The notes below the pieces were generated by a model. The model saw only the letters and a list, made by a program, of their open reading frames with translations, was not told where the DNA came from and did not search any database. Source: Stramenopiles sp. TOSAG23-2 (Eukaryota). From it: DNA of 38,077 nt. This document shows, one piece after another, positions 1 through 10,803 of the stretch (its first letter is position 1; each line of letters begins with the position of its first letter). The stretch covers positions 1-38,077 of the forward strand of contig LT649320.1 of NCBI GenBank assembly GCA_900128395.1, in the 5' to 3' direction. The translations under genes were made by a program, and so were the position numbers.

Positions 1-223
1 AAGACCTTCGTCTACACCCACCATAGGAAAACAGAACAGCAAAAGAAGAAATTCTAAATTTGTTGATCTTTCAAAATATAGTGGACCATTAAGTGTGAAA
101 GATTTTAACGTTTGTCAATATTATTTTAAGGAAAGATATTCTAACAACAAAGCATAAAGATAGATATTTTATTGAATAATTCTTTTTCTTTTTTTAATTC
201 AAGTATACATATCGAAATAAACT

Positions 224-2272
224 ATGGCAACTTTATATGCCAGACAATTGCTTGGGTTGGATGGTAAAGAGAGTGGGGATAATGATTCTAATATGCCAAC
301 GCAAAGCAGATTTCGTAGTGTTTCTAAATCAACACGTCATCGACCAAATTTATTTAATCCAAGTTATGAATACGATGAAGATGCAGCTACTACATATTAT
401 CCTAAATCCTTAGGAACGAAGCGCCTTTTGGAACATGCGCTAAGCGAGCATTATTTGTTTTCACAACTTGCAAAACGTGATTTATCGGAAGTTGTTAATG
501 CTATGAAAAAGAAACTAGCACATACAAACGATACAATTATTACTCAAGGAACAGAAGGTGATCTTTTTTACATATTGGAGGAAGGTGCTTGTGAAGCATA
601 TGTAAATGGAAAATCTGTGAAAAAATATGCTAGTGGTGAAAGTTTTGGTGAACTTGCACTTTTACATAGCTGTCCACGTGCTGCATCCGTTGTTGCTACA
701 TCCCATGGGACTTTATGGACATTAAATCGCGCTACATTTAAACGGACTTTACAAAATTCCAAAGTAAAAGAAAACATTAAACGTTGTGAATTTTTAAAAA
801 AAGTGCCAAATTTTAAGACATTGACAAATCAAGAAATTGGTAGCATTGCTGGTGTGATTGAAATGGAAATGTATGACAAAGGCAATAATATTGTTCGTGA
901 AGGTGAAAGGGGTGATAAATTTTACATTATACAAGATGGCGAATGCAATGCATTGAAAAAAGCAGATGGGGAAATTGTTACAATTGGTACTTTGCAAGCA
1001 GGTGATTTTTTTGGTGAAACTGCAATTATTACCCATGAACCACGAAATGCAACTGTGCAAGTTACGTCGGATACAGCAATTGTTTTATCATTATCAAAAT
1101 ATGATTTTGAAACGGTCCTTGGGCCATTGAAACACTTAATGGACGATGTACGGCGGAAACGCAGGAATGATACGGCAAGCGCATTGAAAAGGCATAGCCA
1201 ATCTTCTGGCAGGGGAAGTGATACAGAAGGTAAAAAAGGAGGTAAAAGTGAACCAGCAACTGCAGATTTATCTATTTTATGGGAAGATTTGAAATTTTAT
1301 GTTACGCTAGGAACTGGTACATTTGGTAGGGTCAAATTAGTAGAACACGTGCCTACAAATCGCGCGATGGCATTGAAAGCGATGCAAAAAGCACAAGTAG
1401 TAAGGGCACACCAAGCAAAAAATGTTTGTAGCGAGAAAGATTCAATGTTAATGTGCAACCACCCTTTTGTTATTAAATTGTATCGTACATTCCAAGATAA
1501 AAATTCAATTTACATGTTATTGGAGTTGGTGCAAGGCGGTGAATTATGGAGTTTACTATATCAAAGCAAAGCATTACCACGGACTCGTATTGGTATTGGT
1601 GGCTTTGAATCTAATGCATGTAAATTTTATGCGGCTTGTGTAGTCAGCGCGTTTGAACACATCCATGGATTTGGTATCGCATATCGTGATTTAAAACCTG
1701 AAAATTTATTATTAGCAGCAAATGGCTATTTAAAAGTCGTTGATTTTGGTTTTGCTAAGAAATTGCCATATCGTAAAAAGGGCAAATTGTTGCATCAAAC
1801 GTTTACTTTATGCGGAACGCCAGAATATTTGTCACCGGAATTAGTGAAACAAACAGGTCATAATCGTGGTGTAGATTGGTGGGCATGTGGTATATTGATA
1901 CATGAATTGTTACATGGGGAAACCCCATTTTGCGATGATAATCAACATCAAATGTTTAAAATGATTATGCAATCAAAAAAATATTTAAAAATCGATGAAC
2001 GTGTTGAAGGAAGCGGTAATGATATTATAAATAAATTGCTTGAGAAAGATTCGGCAAGGCGATTTGGTACTGTCCGTGGTGGCGTAGAAGATGTGAAAAA
2101 CCATCCATGGTTTAGTACAATCAATTGGGATAAATTGGTCAATCAGGATATAGCAGCACCTTTTGTGCCAAGTTTGAAAAATGCATTAGATACATCAATG
2201 TTTGACCCATATGAAGAGAGTGATCATGTACAATCATATCATGGGGATAATAGTGCTTTTGAAACATTTTAA
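224..2272 (+). CDS. Cyclic-nucleotide-dependent protein kinase (PKG-like: two CNB domains fused to an AGC kinase domain)
   Basis: 682-aa ORF. Two phosphate-binding cassettes (FGELALLHSCPRAASV; FGETAIITHEPRNATV), then GTGTFGRV, AYRDLKPEN, DFGFAK, TLCGTPEYLSPE and an AGC tail ending FETF. Confidence 0.93.
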   Translation: MATLYARQLLGLDGKESGDNDSNMPTQSRFRSVSKSTRHRPNLFNPSYEYDEDAATTYYPKSLGTKRLLEHALSEHYLFSQLAKRDLSEVVNAMKKKLAHTNDTIITQGTEGDLFYILEEGACEAYVNGKSVKKYASGESFGELALLHSCPRAASVVATSHGTLWTLNRATFKRTLQNSKVKENIKRCEFLKKVPNFKTLTNQEIGSIAGVIEMEMYDKGNNIVREGERGDKFYIIQDGECNALKKADGEIVTIGTLQAGDFFGETAIITHEPRNATVQVTSDTAIVLSLSKYDFETVLGPLKHLMDDVRRKRRNDTASALKRHSQSSGRGSDTEGKKGGKSEPATADLSILWEDLKFYVTLGTGTFGRVKLVEHVPTNRAMALKAMQKAQVVRAHQAKNVCSEKDSMLMCNHPFVIKLYRTFQDKNSIYMLLELVQGGELWSLLYQSKALPRTRIGIGGFESNACKFYAACVVSAFEHIHGFGIAYRDLKPENLLLAANGYLKVVDFGFAKKLPYRKKGKLLHQTFTLCGTPEYLSPELVKQTGHNRGVDWWACGILIHELLHGETPFCDDNQHQMFKMIMQSKKYLKIDERVEGSGNDIINKLLEKDSARRFGTVRGGVEDVKNHPWFSTINWDKLVNQDIAAPFVPSLKNALDTSMFDPYEESDHVQSYHGDNSAFETF

Positions 2273-2514
2273 ATGCGTTTACATTTTAAAAAATGTACGG
2301 AATTAAGATTTTATTTTGTAGTTTGTTTTTAACTGTGTTTTTTTTTGATTTCTGTGGATAGAGGCTAGAGGCCGTTGATTTGGTACACTCCTTTTTATCA
2401 TATTTTTACTCTTCACAAATAGATCTCACGAATATATTTATTTAAATATATGTGTTTTTCTCTTACTCATATGTTAATAAATATATACGACGTATAATTA
2501 TATATATGCACATA

Positions 2515-3645
2515 TTAATGCTTCCATTCACCTGTATCATCACAAAATAATGGCCTAGCAGTTGGATAACATTCAGGTGTTTCACAGGTGAAATGCAATT
2601 GTCTACATGCTTTGCCTTTTTTACCCCATGGTGCATGTTCATCCGTGAAGCATCGTGCGGATGAACCAAAATTTGTATGCAAACCATTTTTTCGCTCATT
2701 TACTGTAGGTGTTATATAACATGTTTGTTTATTTACTTCTTTATTTTCTTGTCTCCAATCTTTTGAACAACCGGTCCTTTCTCCGGTATATTCATCAATG
2801 GTACATTTAGGACAATTATCTTGTATATCCGTACATGCAGAAGGACATGGTTTGATCCCTACGCCATTATTACTTTCATCGCATTTATAAAATAATTGAT
2901 AACACCATGCTTGTGTCAATGCATCCATGCAATCGTTTGATTGCCCTGAACCAATTAATGGGGTTTGTTCTAAATGGCGCCATTCCACACTTAAGGTTTG
3001 ATAATTTACATATTTGCCACATATATGCAAGTCGCCATAGTTTGGTTGTTTACAAGCATTCATTCCAGTAACTGGATGCAATGAATATTTAATCGATTTA
3101 ACGCTCGTAGTACTACTATTATTATTATTATTATTCCCTTCATCAGGTTTAAAATTTACACGTACATACCACCATCCTTCTTGAACTAAATGTGGTGCAT
3201 TGACACCAACAGCAAAATAACCACCATTAATTTCATCTTTTCCACCAGATTTATATAATTTTTCTTTACTTTCTTCAAAGATTGTAGAATGTTTTGTATA
3301 TGCAGTTGATACATCAGAAATACCAATATTATTAGTAGCATCACATCCATGTCTTAAATATAATGATAATGCATCTGCATTTTCATCATGGTCAGTAAAT
3401 AATGATACTTTTAATGCAGCTGGTTTGGATAAATATATTTTATAATATGCACTTTTTCCCATGTTAGTTAATAAATTAACTTCATCGTAATTTTGATCTG
3501 GTTGGATTTCTTTAGCTGATATACATTTATCATATTCCGTCATCGTAGATGTTGTTGATGAAGAAGTTACTATATCAAACATATGGGACATACATAGTAT
3601 TATTATTATTTTAATAAAAAATAATAATTGAATCTGGTTATACAT
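2515..3645 (-). CDS. Secreted cysteine-rich protein with a PPC-like beta domain and a Frizzled-like CRD
   Basis: Hydrophobic N-terminus. YYKIYL..LKVSL..LSLYLRHG..GWWYVRV resembles the pre-peptidase C-terminal (PPC) domain. CMDALTQAWCYQLFYKC..KPCPSACTDIQDNC matches Fz-CRD cysteine spacing. Confidence 0.65.
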   Translation of the reverse strand: MYNQIQLLFFIKIIIILCMSHMFDIVTSSSTTSTMTEYDKCISAKEIQPDQNYDEVNLLTNMGKSAYYKIYLSKPAALKVSLFTDHDENADALSLYLRHGCDATNNIGISDVSTAYTKHSTIFEESKEKLYKSGGKDEINGGYFAVGVNAPHLVQEGWWYVRVNFKPDEGNNNNNNSSTTSVKSIKYSLHPVTGMNACKQPNYGDLHICGKYVNYQTLSVEWRHLEQTPLIGSGQSNDCMDALTQAWCYQLFYKCDESNNGVGIKPCPSACTDIQDNCPKCTIDEYTGERTGCSKDWRQENKEVNKQTCYITPTVNERKNGLHTNFGSSARCFTDEHAPWGKKGKACRQLHFTCETPECYPTARPLFCDDTGEWKH

Positions 3646-4442
3646 TTCTTTAACTTAATAACAACAATACTACTGCTAATTATTAATATATTAATATATT
3701 CTAATATGATATATTCTTTCGTTAAGAATTATTATTATTATTATATTATTCTTGATTACATATATATATATATACATACGAATGTAAATCTGTGTGACGA
3801 TGACTAATTTCTTACAAATTTTATATAAAAATGTGTTCATCAAAATCCACAAAAGGTGCAAACAAAGTGCCAAAAAAAAAAAACAACAAATTTGGTTAAA
3901 AACCTTAAAATACCACTCCAAGGATTTGCGGCGCCTCCTACATACAATACTATTCGTTGTACTTAAATTTCAAACAAATCCTATCATTTTCCACCCACGT
4001 TTTAGGTGAAATATTTGCAGAACCACCCAAGTTAGCTCGACGTAGCGTTATGTCTATGTTCACCATGCCTTAGCATAGTAGACGAAAAGATTTGATCGAA
4101 TTAGAGACTAATAGCCACATAACTTTCATGATTTTCACCATTTCCATCGCTCTAATACTAACTCCATGCTTTGACGACATCAAAAACCGCTGCATGAATA
4201 TTCGTACTTGTTACTATACAAATACATCATATTAAACAAACAAAACAGTATAAAATATATACATATATTTATAAAATTGGATTACGTAAGAAATATATAT
4301 AGATGTCAAGAGAGAGAAGTGATACAAGTAGATTCATTTTGAAATAGTAATCTATATTATTATACTTTTATTTTAGTAGATAAAGAATATAATTAAAACG
4401 TATATACATACATACATACATATATATATATATAAATAAAAC

Positions 4443-5083
4443 ATGTTGAGAACATCTGTTTTGAAGGTAAGGCAAGTACGTAAACGTGCTGTTGATTGGT
4501 TAGCATTATCAGGAAAAGTGAGTACTGATGGTGCAAGGACTGACGTCAACCGTTTACGTGATTTATATGATGAAATCAATGCTGCTGCTAAAATGTATGA
4601 AGGTGAAGTAGCTGCAATTGATTTTGCAGGATACCGTAAAGATATCAGTGCACCTGGTATTGTTGATGAGTTTGAAGTACGTAATACACATATATCTATC
4701 GAACACTATTATCTATACACAAAGATAAAACGTTTCCTTCCTATATCTTATATAATATATTTAAAAACATATTTTACTAACAGAATACTTATGTATATAA
4801 ACAGGCCGCATACAATTCCATAGTTTACCCAGAAATCAAATTAAGTGAAAGTACAGTTGCTGATATGAATGCTAAAATGGATCAAATCTTAGCAGATGCA
4901 TCAACAATGCGTGAAGAATCCGTTTCTCGTTTAGCAGAATTGGAAAGTATGATTGCTGAAGCCGAAGCAAACAAAACAACACGTGACACAACTATTGATG
5001 AAGTATTAGCAAGATATCCACATATTGCTGAAGAGATTGATGATGAAATTGAAAATCATCAATGGTGGAAAGATGTTAATTAA
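4443..5083 (+). CDS. ATP5PD: Mitochondrial ATP synthase subunit d (exons 4443-4676 and 4805-5083)
   Basis: AVDW..., IDFAGYRKDISAPGIVDEFE and TIDEVLARYPHI..EIENHQW are typical of subunit d. A phase-0 GT-AG intron joins the two ORF-track fragments in frame (..DEFE|AAYNSIVYP..). Confidence 0.88.
4677..4804 (+). other. Spliceosomal intron (128 nt)
   Basis: GTACGT donor at 4677, TACTAAC branch site at 4775-4781, ACAG acceptor ending at 4804. Removal restores the reading frame. Confidence 0.88.
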
Positions 5084-5847
5084 ACTTGTTTTTGTTCATA
5101 TATATAATTATAAAAAAGAAATATATATATATGCATTGTATATATGTAATTTATGATGTAGTTGGATGTATCATTAGAACAGGAGATTTGGAATTTAACA
5201 TACATTTTTTTTCTCGTTTTAGTTTTTTTATAATTCCGACGAGACACATTTTAATTCGTGACACATACACACATACAATGTGTGTTATCACATTTTAAAA
5301 TTGTTTCTTGATAGTTGTTTTGAAAATGAAAAGAGGGAAAAAATGGTGTAATAATCTAGTCGATATAATAATAATCTATTTTAAATCAAGAAATGAAGAG
5401 ATTTTGATATGAAGAGAGAAGAGAGAGAGAGAAATTGTTGTGTCGTCGTACATTTAAAATTAAAAAATTATATATGCTGTGTTTGTATTTTTTGATGTCG
5501 AATTTTTTATGATTCGAGAATATTGTACAGTGTTTGACGACTAGGGCTTAATGCATGTGCGTGCGTTTACATCTCCCCCCTTGTTAAGTATTTTGAAAAA
5601 ATATATTAGTGTTTTTATAGAAACAATATCTTTTAATATATATTACATACTCCTCACATTTTGCAAGTCACACGCACACATGTTTTCTCATATCTCTCTT
5701 TCAACTCTCACGTTTGTGGTATATAAATATATTAGATTTACATTCTGGTGTTTCAAATATTTTTTCAAATCAAAAATTATTACAAATTTATATCAGTATC
5801 AATGCAGTATGTTTACACACACATATATATATAAAAGCGTAATACCT

Positions 5848-6612
5848 TTATGCCTCTTTCATTTCGACATCATCCGTTGACACTGTCGCATCGCCAAATG
5901 CAGTATTTAAATAATTTTTCAATTCATCGACACTTAACATTTTAACATCTTGATCTTTACCAACTATTGCAATGCCAACACTTTCAGCTGTTAAATCTTT
6001 ATCACCAGCTGCACCTTCTAAAGATTTCAAAGCATGTATTACTAATTCATCAACAGATAAGTCTGGGAATGTTTCAAATACTTTTTCCAAATATGTCCTA
6101 GCACTTTGTGATCTGGAGCCAATGGCTTGCGCTTTATGTTCGTAATAATGTGCGGTTGGGCTTGTTTCATATATATGTGGTCCAGTCTTATCATATCCAG
6201 CAACCAATAAACCAACACCAAATGGACGACCACGTTCATATGTCATATCTTGTGTACATCTTTGATGCATATCAGAAATGTGGGAAACTAAACGTCCAAC
6301 TTGTAAACTTGCACCGTATACGAACCTATGGTTTAAGCATTCCATTCGCATATGATCGCTCAAATATCGCGCATCTGCGGTTAAACCAGAGATTGAAATG
6401 ACTAAATGTGAATCCATTTTAAATAACTTTTCTTGGTATGATGCTAATTCGTCTGGTGACCTTTTCAATACCCCTAAAACTGCATGTGTTTTGCTTTTAA
6501 TTCCAACACAACATGAACCTTGTTTCACTGCTTCAGCAGCATATTCAACTTGAAACAATCGTCCTTGCGGGGAAAATGTGGTTGGATCTGTATCGTATTG
6601 ATTTCTAAACAT
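5848..6612 (-). CDS. PSMA1: 20S proteasome subunit alpha type 1 (alpha-6)
   Basis: MFRNQYDTDPTTFSPQGRLFQVEYAAEAVKQGS, RPFGVGLLVAGYD, AIGSRSQSARTYLE. Confidence 0.97.
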   Translation of the reverse strand: MFRNQYDTDPTTFSPQGRLFQVEYAAEAVKQGSCCVGIKSKTHAVLGVLKRSPDELASYQEKLFKMDSHLVISISGLTADARYLSDHMRMECLNHRFVYGASLQVGRLVSHISDMHQRCTQDMTYERGRPFGVGLLVAGYDKTGPHIYETSPTAHYYEHKAQAIGSRSQSARTYLEKVFETFPDLSVDELVIHALKSLEGAAGDKDLTAESVGIAIVGKDQDVKMLSVDELKNYLNTAFGDATVSTDDVEMKEA

Positions 6613-6949
6613 GATGATGTCTGTATAATATATATATATCTTGTTCCGGTCCCAGTTGTCTATATAGTACTCTTTTAAAGATATATAAACAATATTGTTT
6701 TTTATATTATATTATTTTTGAACTAAGAAGAAGAAAATATTGAATATTATTCATTATTATACTATTTATTGTACTTGAATGTTACCTATCAAACTAGGTC
6801 AATTCGTCAATTCAATTTTTTTTAAAGCACAAAGTTGCTAAACCACAGTTGCTAAACCAGTAAACATATAAAAAAATAATGGCAAAAAGTTTTGATCAAG
6901 AATAAGTTAGCTCCCAGAGCTCTAGTATAGGAGTAGCATGATGATACAG

Positions 6950-7345
6950 CCTGCTAAAACCTTGCTTTTCTCCCCTGCGGGCTAAACACCTGCTAAACAC
7001 CTGCTAAACACCTGCTAAACACCTGCTAAAACCTTGCTTTTCTCCCCTGCGGGCTAAACACCTGCTAAACACCTGCTAAACACCTGCTAAACACCTGCTA
7101 AAACCTTGCTTTTCTCCCCTGCGGGCTAAACACCTGCTAAACACCTGCATTCCACACCTGCTAAAACCTTGCTTTTCTCCCCTACCTGCTAAACACCTGC
7201 TAAACACCTGCTAAAACCTTGCTTTTCTCCCCTGCCTGCTAAACACCTGCTAAACACCTGCTAAAACCTTGCTTTTCTCCCCTGCCTGCTAAACACCTGC
7301 TAAAACCCTGCTAAACACCTGCAGGGGCTGCTAAAACCCGCATTT
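6950..7345. repeat. Higher-order minisatellite: 11-bp CCTGCTAAACA monomers punctuated by six AAAACCTTGCTTTTCTCCCCT cores
   Basis: Blocks start at about 6950, 7022, 7094, 7157, 7208 and 7258. The first two are exact 72-bp copies. Confidence 0.95.
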
Positions 7346-7741
7346 CTCCATTTCTACACAATAGCACCGACACAGCATTAACGAGGAGTGTGAAAAGAAG
7401 TGATTTTGAGGTGAAATAAAAAAAGAGGGCGGTGGTCAAGCCAATAAAACCTTCAAGGAAATACTCAATATTCCAATACTAAATAGTTATATATTTTTAG
7501 ATGGAAACACACTCGTTAAACAAGAACAGAATGTAGATAGATGTACAGATTAGATATAATTACAGATAGTATTATTATCAGATATATATATATATATAGA
7601 TAGATATATAATATTATTTTATTAAATTACAAAAGAACTTAGATATCAAAAAGTAGTTTTGTAAGATAAAAAGAACATATACAACCTGTAACGAAAGCGT
7701 GAGAGATTATTTTATATTTACAAATTTATTCATTATAAACC

Positions 7742-9142
7742 ATGTTACGTTCCGCTATTGTATTATTATGTATGGTAGCATTAGTTAATGCCGGTAGTTT
7801 AAGAGCACCGGATGCAGCACCAGCAAATGCTCCAGAATCTGAAGTATTAAACAAAGCATCTGAAGTTGCAAACTCTGCAGCAAGAGTACCATTGCCACAA
7901 GGAGGTCCACATGGTATGAACAGAGGAAGCGGTTATGTACCAAAATGGTCACATGACGTATTAAATAATAATGTTAAAGCAATTAAAGACAACTGGGCAA
8001 ACCAAGAAGGTAAACTTGGATATTACAATGGACATTTTGGTTACAACCCAAGTGTACACCCAGATTTACAAGGAAACGTTGTTAACCCAGCACAATTTGG
8101 TTTGAGTGGCATTCCAGCTGCAACACCAGGTTACATGCAACCTATGTTCAAAGCATCTGCATACAAAGGTAACCAACCATCAGTTGGTATGCCACCAGTG
8201 GTTCCAGGTATGCCATATCTTGGACAACCAAGTGAAAAGTTAGATGCTATGAGGCAAATCAACGAGGCAACTGCTGCTGCAAAGCAAGGTGTTGCTGCAG
8301 TGCAAAACATGGTACCAGTTACATTGGCAAATGGTATTCGAATGAACGTTCCACAAGGTGAAGCAAATGCATTAGGTATTCCAGGTATGCCAGTGCAACC
8401 AAACGGCAAACTAGCTGTTGATGCAAATAAATTGTTAGGTTCACCTATCACTTTACCAGGTACACCAGAACATTACAAAGATGTTACCACCCGTATCTTG
8501 AACGAGCAAGCTTCTGTAGGAGCACAAATCGCAAATGTACAAGCAGTTGAGACCCAGCACGCACAAAGAGCTGCATATTTAGGCGCTATGATGCATCAAT
8601 TGCAACAACAATATTTACAAGCACAACATTTGGATCACTTACAAAAAACATACATGGAAAAAATGGCACGTCGTAATGCTGCACTTGGTATTGACCGTCA
8701 TCGTGTACAAAACGAATATTCATTAGGTGGTTTATTGAACCAATACAACTCTGTAAAAGCATACGAGCAACATGTACGTAGTGTAGTTTCTCAAATCGAT
8801 GTCGTTAAACAAAACTTGATGAAAGAAATCATGACCTTCAGACAAAGTATTCGTAAAGATACCAATGCCATCAAAGAATTATTAGATGGTAAAATGCCAT
8901 CTGCATCAGCAAGTGGCCCAGAAGGTAAATTGGAAAAAGAAGAACAAGCAGCATTATCCTTAGGCGAAAAAGCAGCTGATCAGCAAAAGAAAGCAGATAC
9001 AGACGCAGTTAAAGCAAATGATGAATTCATCAACCATGTTGAATCCGCATTGAACAAAGGACCAGGTGGTGATTCTAGTGGTTCTAGTGGTGCTGCTGCT
9101 CCAGCAGCATCTGGAGCAGAGGGACGTGCACCTAAATTGTAA
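7742..9142 (+). CDS. Secreted Pro/Gly/Ala-rich and coiled-coil protein of unknown function
   Basis: 466-aa ORF with signal peptide MLRSAIVLLCMVALVNA and visibly strong codon bias (CCA/GGT/GCA). Helical Gln/Leu-rich C-terminal half. Confidence 0.85.
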   Translation: MLRSAIVLLCMVALVNAGSLRAPDAAPANAPESEVLNKASEVANSAARVPLPQGGPHGMNRGSGYVPKWSHDVLNNNVKAIKDNWANQEGKLGYYNGHFGYNPSVHPDLQGNVVNPAQFGLSGIPAATPGYMQPMFKASAYKGNQPSVGMPPVVPGMPYLGQPSEKLDAMRQINEATAAAKQGVAAVQNMVPVTLANGIRMNVPQGEANALGIPGMPVQPNGKLAVDANKLLGSPITLPGTPEHYKDVTTRILNEQASVGAQIANVQAVETQHAQRAAYLGAMMHQLQQQYLQAQHLDHLQKTYMEKMARRNAALGIDRHRVQNEYSLGGLLNQYNSVKAYEQHVRSVVSQIDVVKQNLMKEIMTFRQSIRKDTNAIKELLDGKMPSASASGPEGKLEKEEQAALSLGEKAADQQKKADTDAVKANDEFINHVESALNKGPGGDSSGSSGAAAPAASGAEGRAPKL

Positions 9143-9573
9143 TGGTTGAAGATATAAAAATATAAAAATAGGCGGGGAGTGACGGACAGAATATGATATA
9201 CTTTTAGAGATGGTTTTGCAGGCAATTATGTATAGTATATTTTATTTAAATATCATTATAATCAATACGTGAGACTCAAACTTAAAAATATTAAATGTAA
9301 CTTTTAATACACGTATTTTATTTTTTATTTTATTAATTATATATATTAATATATTTACGAGTATGTAATAAAAATGTATGATACGAAGTAATGTTTTGTA
9401 TTTTTCTACTTTTAAAAAAATGATATCATAATAATGACAATTCCTATCATACTTCAAAATCTAAAAATATTGAAAAAAATATATACCAAACGCAAAAATA
9501 ATAAAATAAAAGAATATCTTATTATCTGCGTGTAAATAATAATATTATACGCGACGTGTACGTATATTTTTCT

Positions 9574-10425
9574 CTATTTCAACCATCCTTGTTTCTTTGC
9601 TTGTTCAAACATATCAATAATATGAATTTTCTCATCTTCAACAATCTCTGGATGCCATATATCAAATAATAATAAAATTCGTTCTGTTGTTCCATTATGG
9701 TATACGTAATGTTCATAACTATCATCAAATATCATCAATTCACCTTCTTTCCATTCTTTTGCCTCACCGCCAACAACAATCCCACAATTATCTGGTACAA
9801 CTAACGGCAAATGGCATCGTAAACGTAAATTGGTGGGTCCATAATGTGCATCAATATCTGAATAAGGCATTAACGAACTGAAAAAACTATATGCAAATGG
9901 AATTTGTGTTTGTAAAAGATCAATGGAATTTAAAAATTTTGTTGTAGATGGGCAATGCTTTTCGAAAATAGGCTGTTTCTCCCCTTTTAATATGTATGAA
10001 TGCCATTCCCATTTACCACCATGCAACGTATGTTCTGTCTCATTTATTTCATAATCGGACTTGCATTCTTTACGCATGTTCAAACATTCCTCTCGGATCT
10101 TAGATACAACCTCGGGAGTAATTAAATTTGTAATATCTTTTTTCAAATTGAATTCATTACCTGAATAAAAAGGCTTTGACGTCAAACCAGGTAACGTGAA
10201 AACACTTGGATTCGGCCTTGCAATTGGTGGGTCTTTAAATTTTAATATTCTGGATGGATATATATTACATTGCAAAGGATCTTCGTTGGCATTATTATTA
10301 CTATTATTATTTTGATTCGTTAGTCTCGTCGTGGTATAACATTTATTATTATTATTATTAGATTGAAAATGTAATCTAATTTCTTTTGTTTGATTTTTTA
10401 ATTGTAACAAAAATCGTTTCATCAT
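9574..10425 (-). CDS. Aspartyl/asparaginyl beta-hydroxylase-domain (Fe/2OG dioxygenase) protein
   Basis: FSSL.P..IDAHYGPTNLRLRCHLPL, WKEGELMIFDDSYEHYVYH, RILLLFDIWHP. Confidence 0.9.
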   Translation of the reverse strand: MMKRFLLQLKNQTKEIRLHFQSNNNNNKCYTTTRLTNQNNNSNNNANEDPLQCNIYPSRILKFKDPPIARPNPSVFTLPGLTSKPFYSGNEFNLKKDITNLITPEVVSKIREECLNMRKECKSDYEINETEHTLHGGKWEWHSYILKGEKQPIFEKHCPSTTKFLNSIDLLQTQIPFAYSFFSSLMPYSDIDAHYGPTNLRLRCHLPLVVPDNCGIVVGGEAKEWKEGELMIFDDSYEHYVYHNGTTERILLLFDIWHPEIVEDEKIHIIDMFEQAKKQGWLK

Positions 10426-10803
10426 TTAACAATGTTTTAATAATGAAATTTTCTCATATCTTTTGAATATTATATTATACAAGGAACATTTAAAATGAAA
10501 TATGCAGACAGATAAAAATATTTTTCATTATAATTTTATTAAAAACCCAAGTATATATATAGTCTTGCAACTATAGTATTATATTTTTAATATTATTATT
10601 ATTATTATCAACAATATATAATACATAATACAATGATGGTTATTACTATAGAATAATATTAATACATATTTCAAACAATGGCAACAACATAAAATAATGT
10701 ATCTTTTAAAATAGGAATATATATATATATATGTATATTTATCCATACCAGTAGGATAATTTTAAATATAATATACAAAGTAACAGAATAGAAAATACAT
10801 ACC

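Noticed and set aside
2-157. Open frame at the window edge (..KRRNSKF..) in frame with the kinase
   Set aside because: An in-frame TAA at 218-220 blocks simple splicing into the kinase. It could be the end of a + gene, a UTR, or overlap a - strand start at 24; this cannot be resolved at the edge.
4286-4376. Possible 5'-UTR intron upstream of ATP synthase d
   Set aside because: GTAAG and TTTTAG are present but there is no clear branch site and no frame constraint to test it.
5565-5612. Faint similarity to the TTTACCTCC end of the dispersed element (also AATTCCTA near 9439)
   Set aside because: Too short and AT-rich to distinguish from chance by eye.
6950-7345. CRISPR-like repeat-spacer appearance
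   Set aside because: The spacers are themselves repeats of one 11-mer, there are no cas genes, and the context is eukaryotic.
9128-9142. C-terminal PKL resembling a PTS1 signal
   Set aside because: A clear N-terminal signal peptide would dominate targeting.
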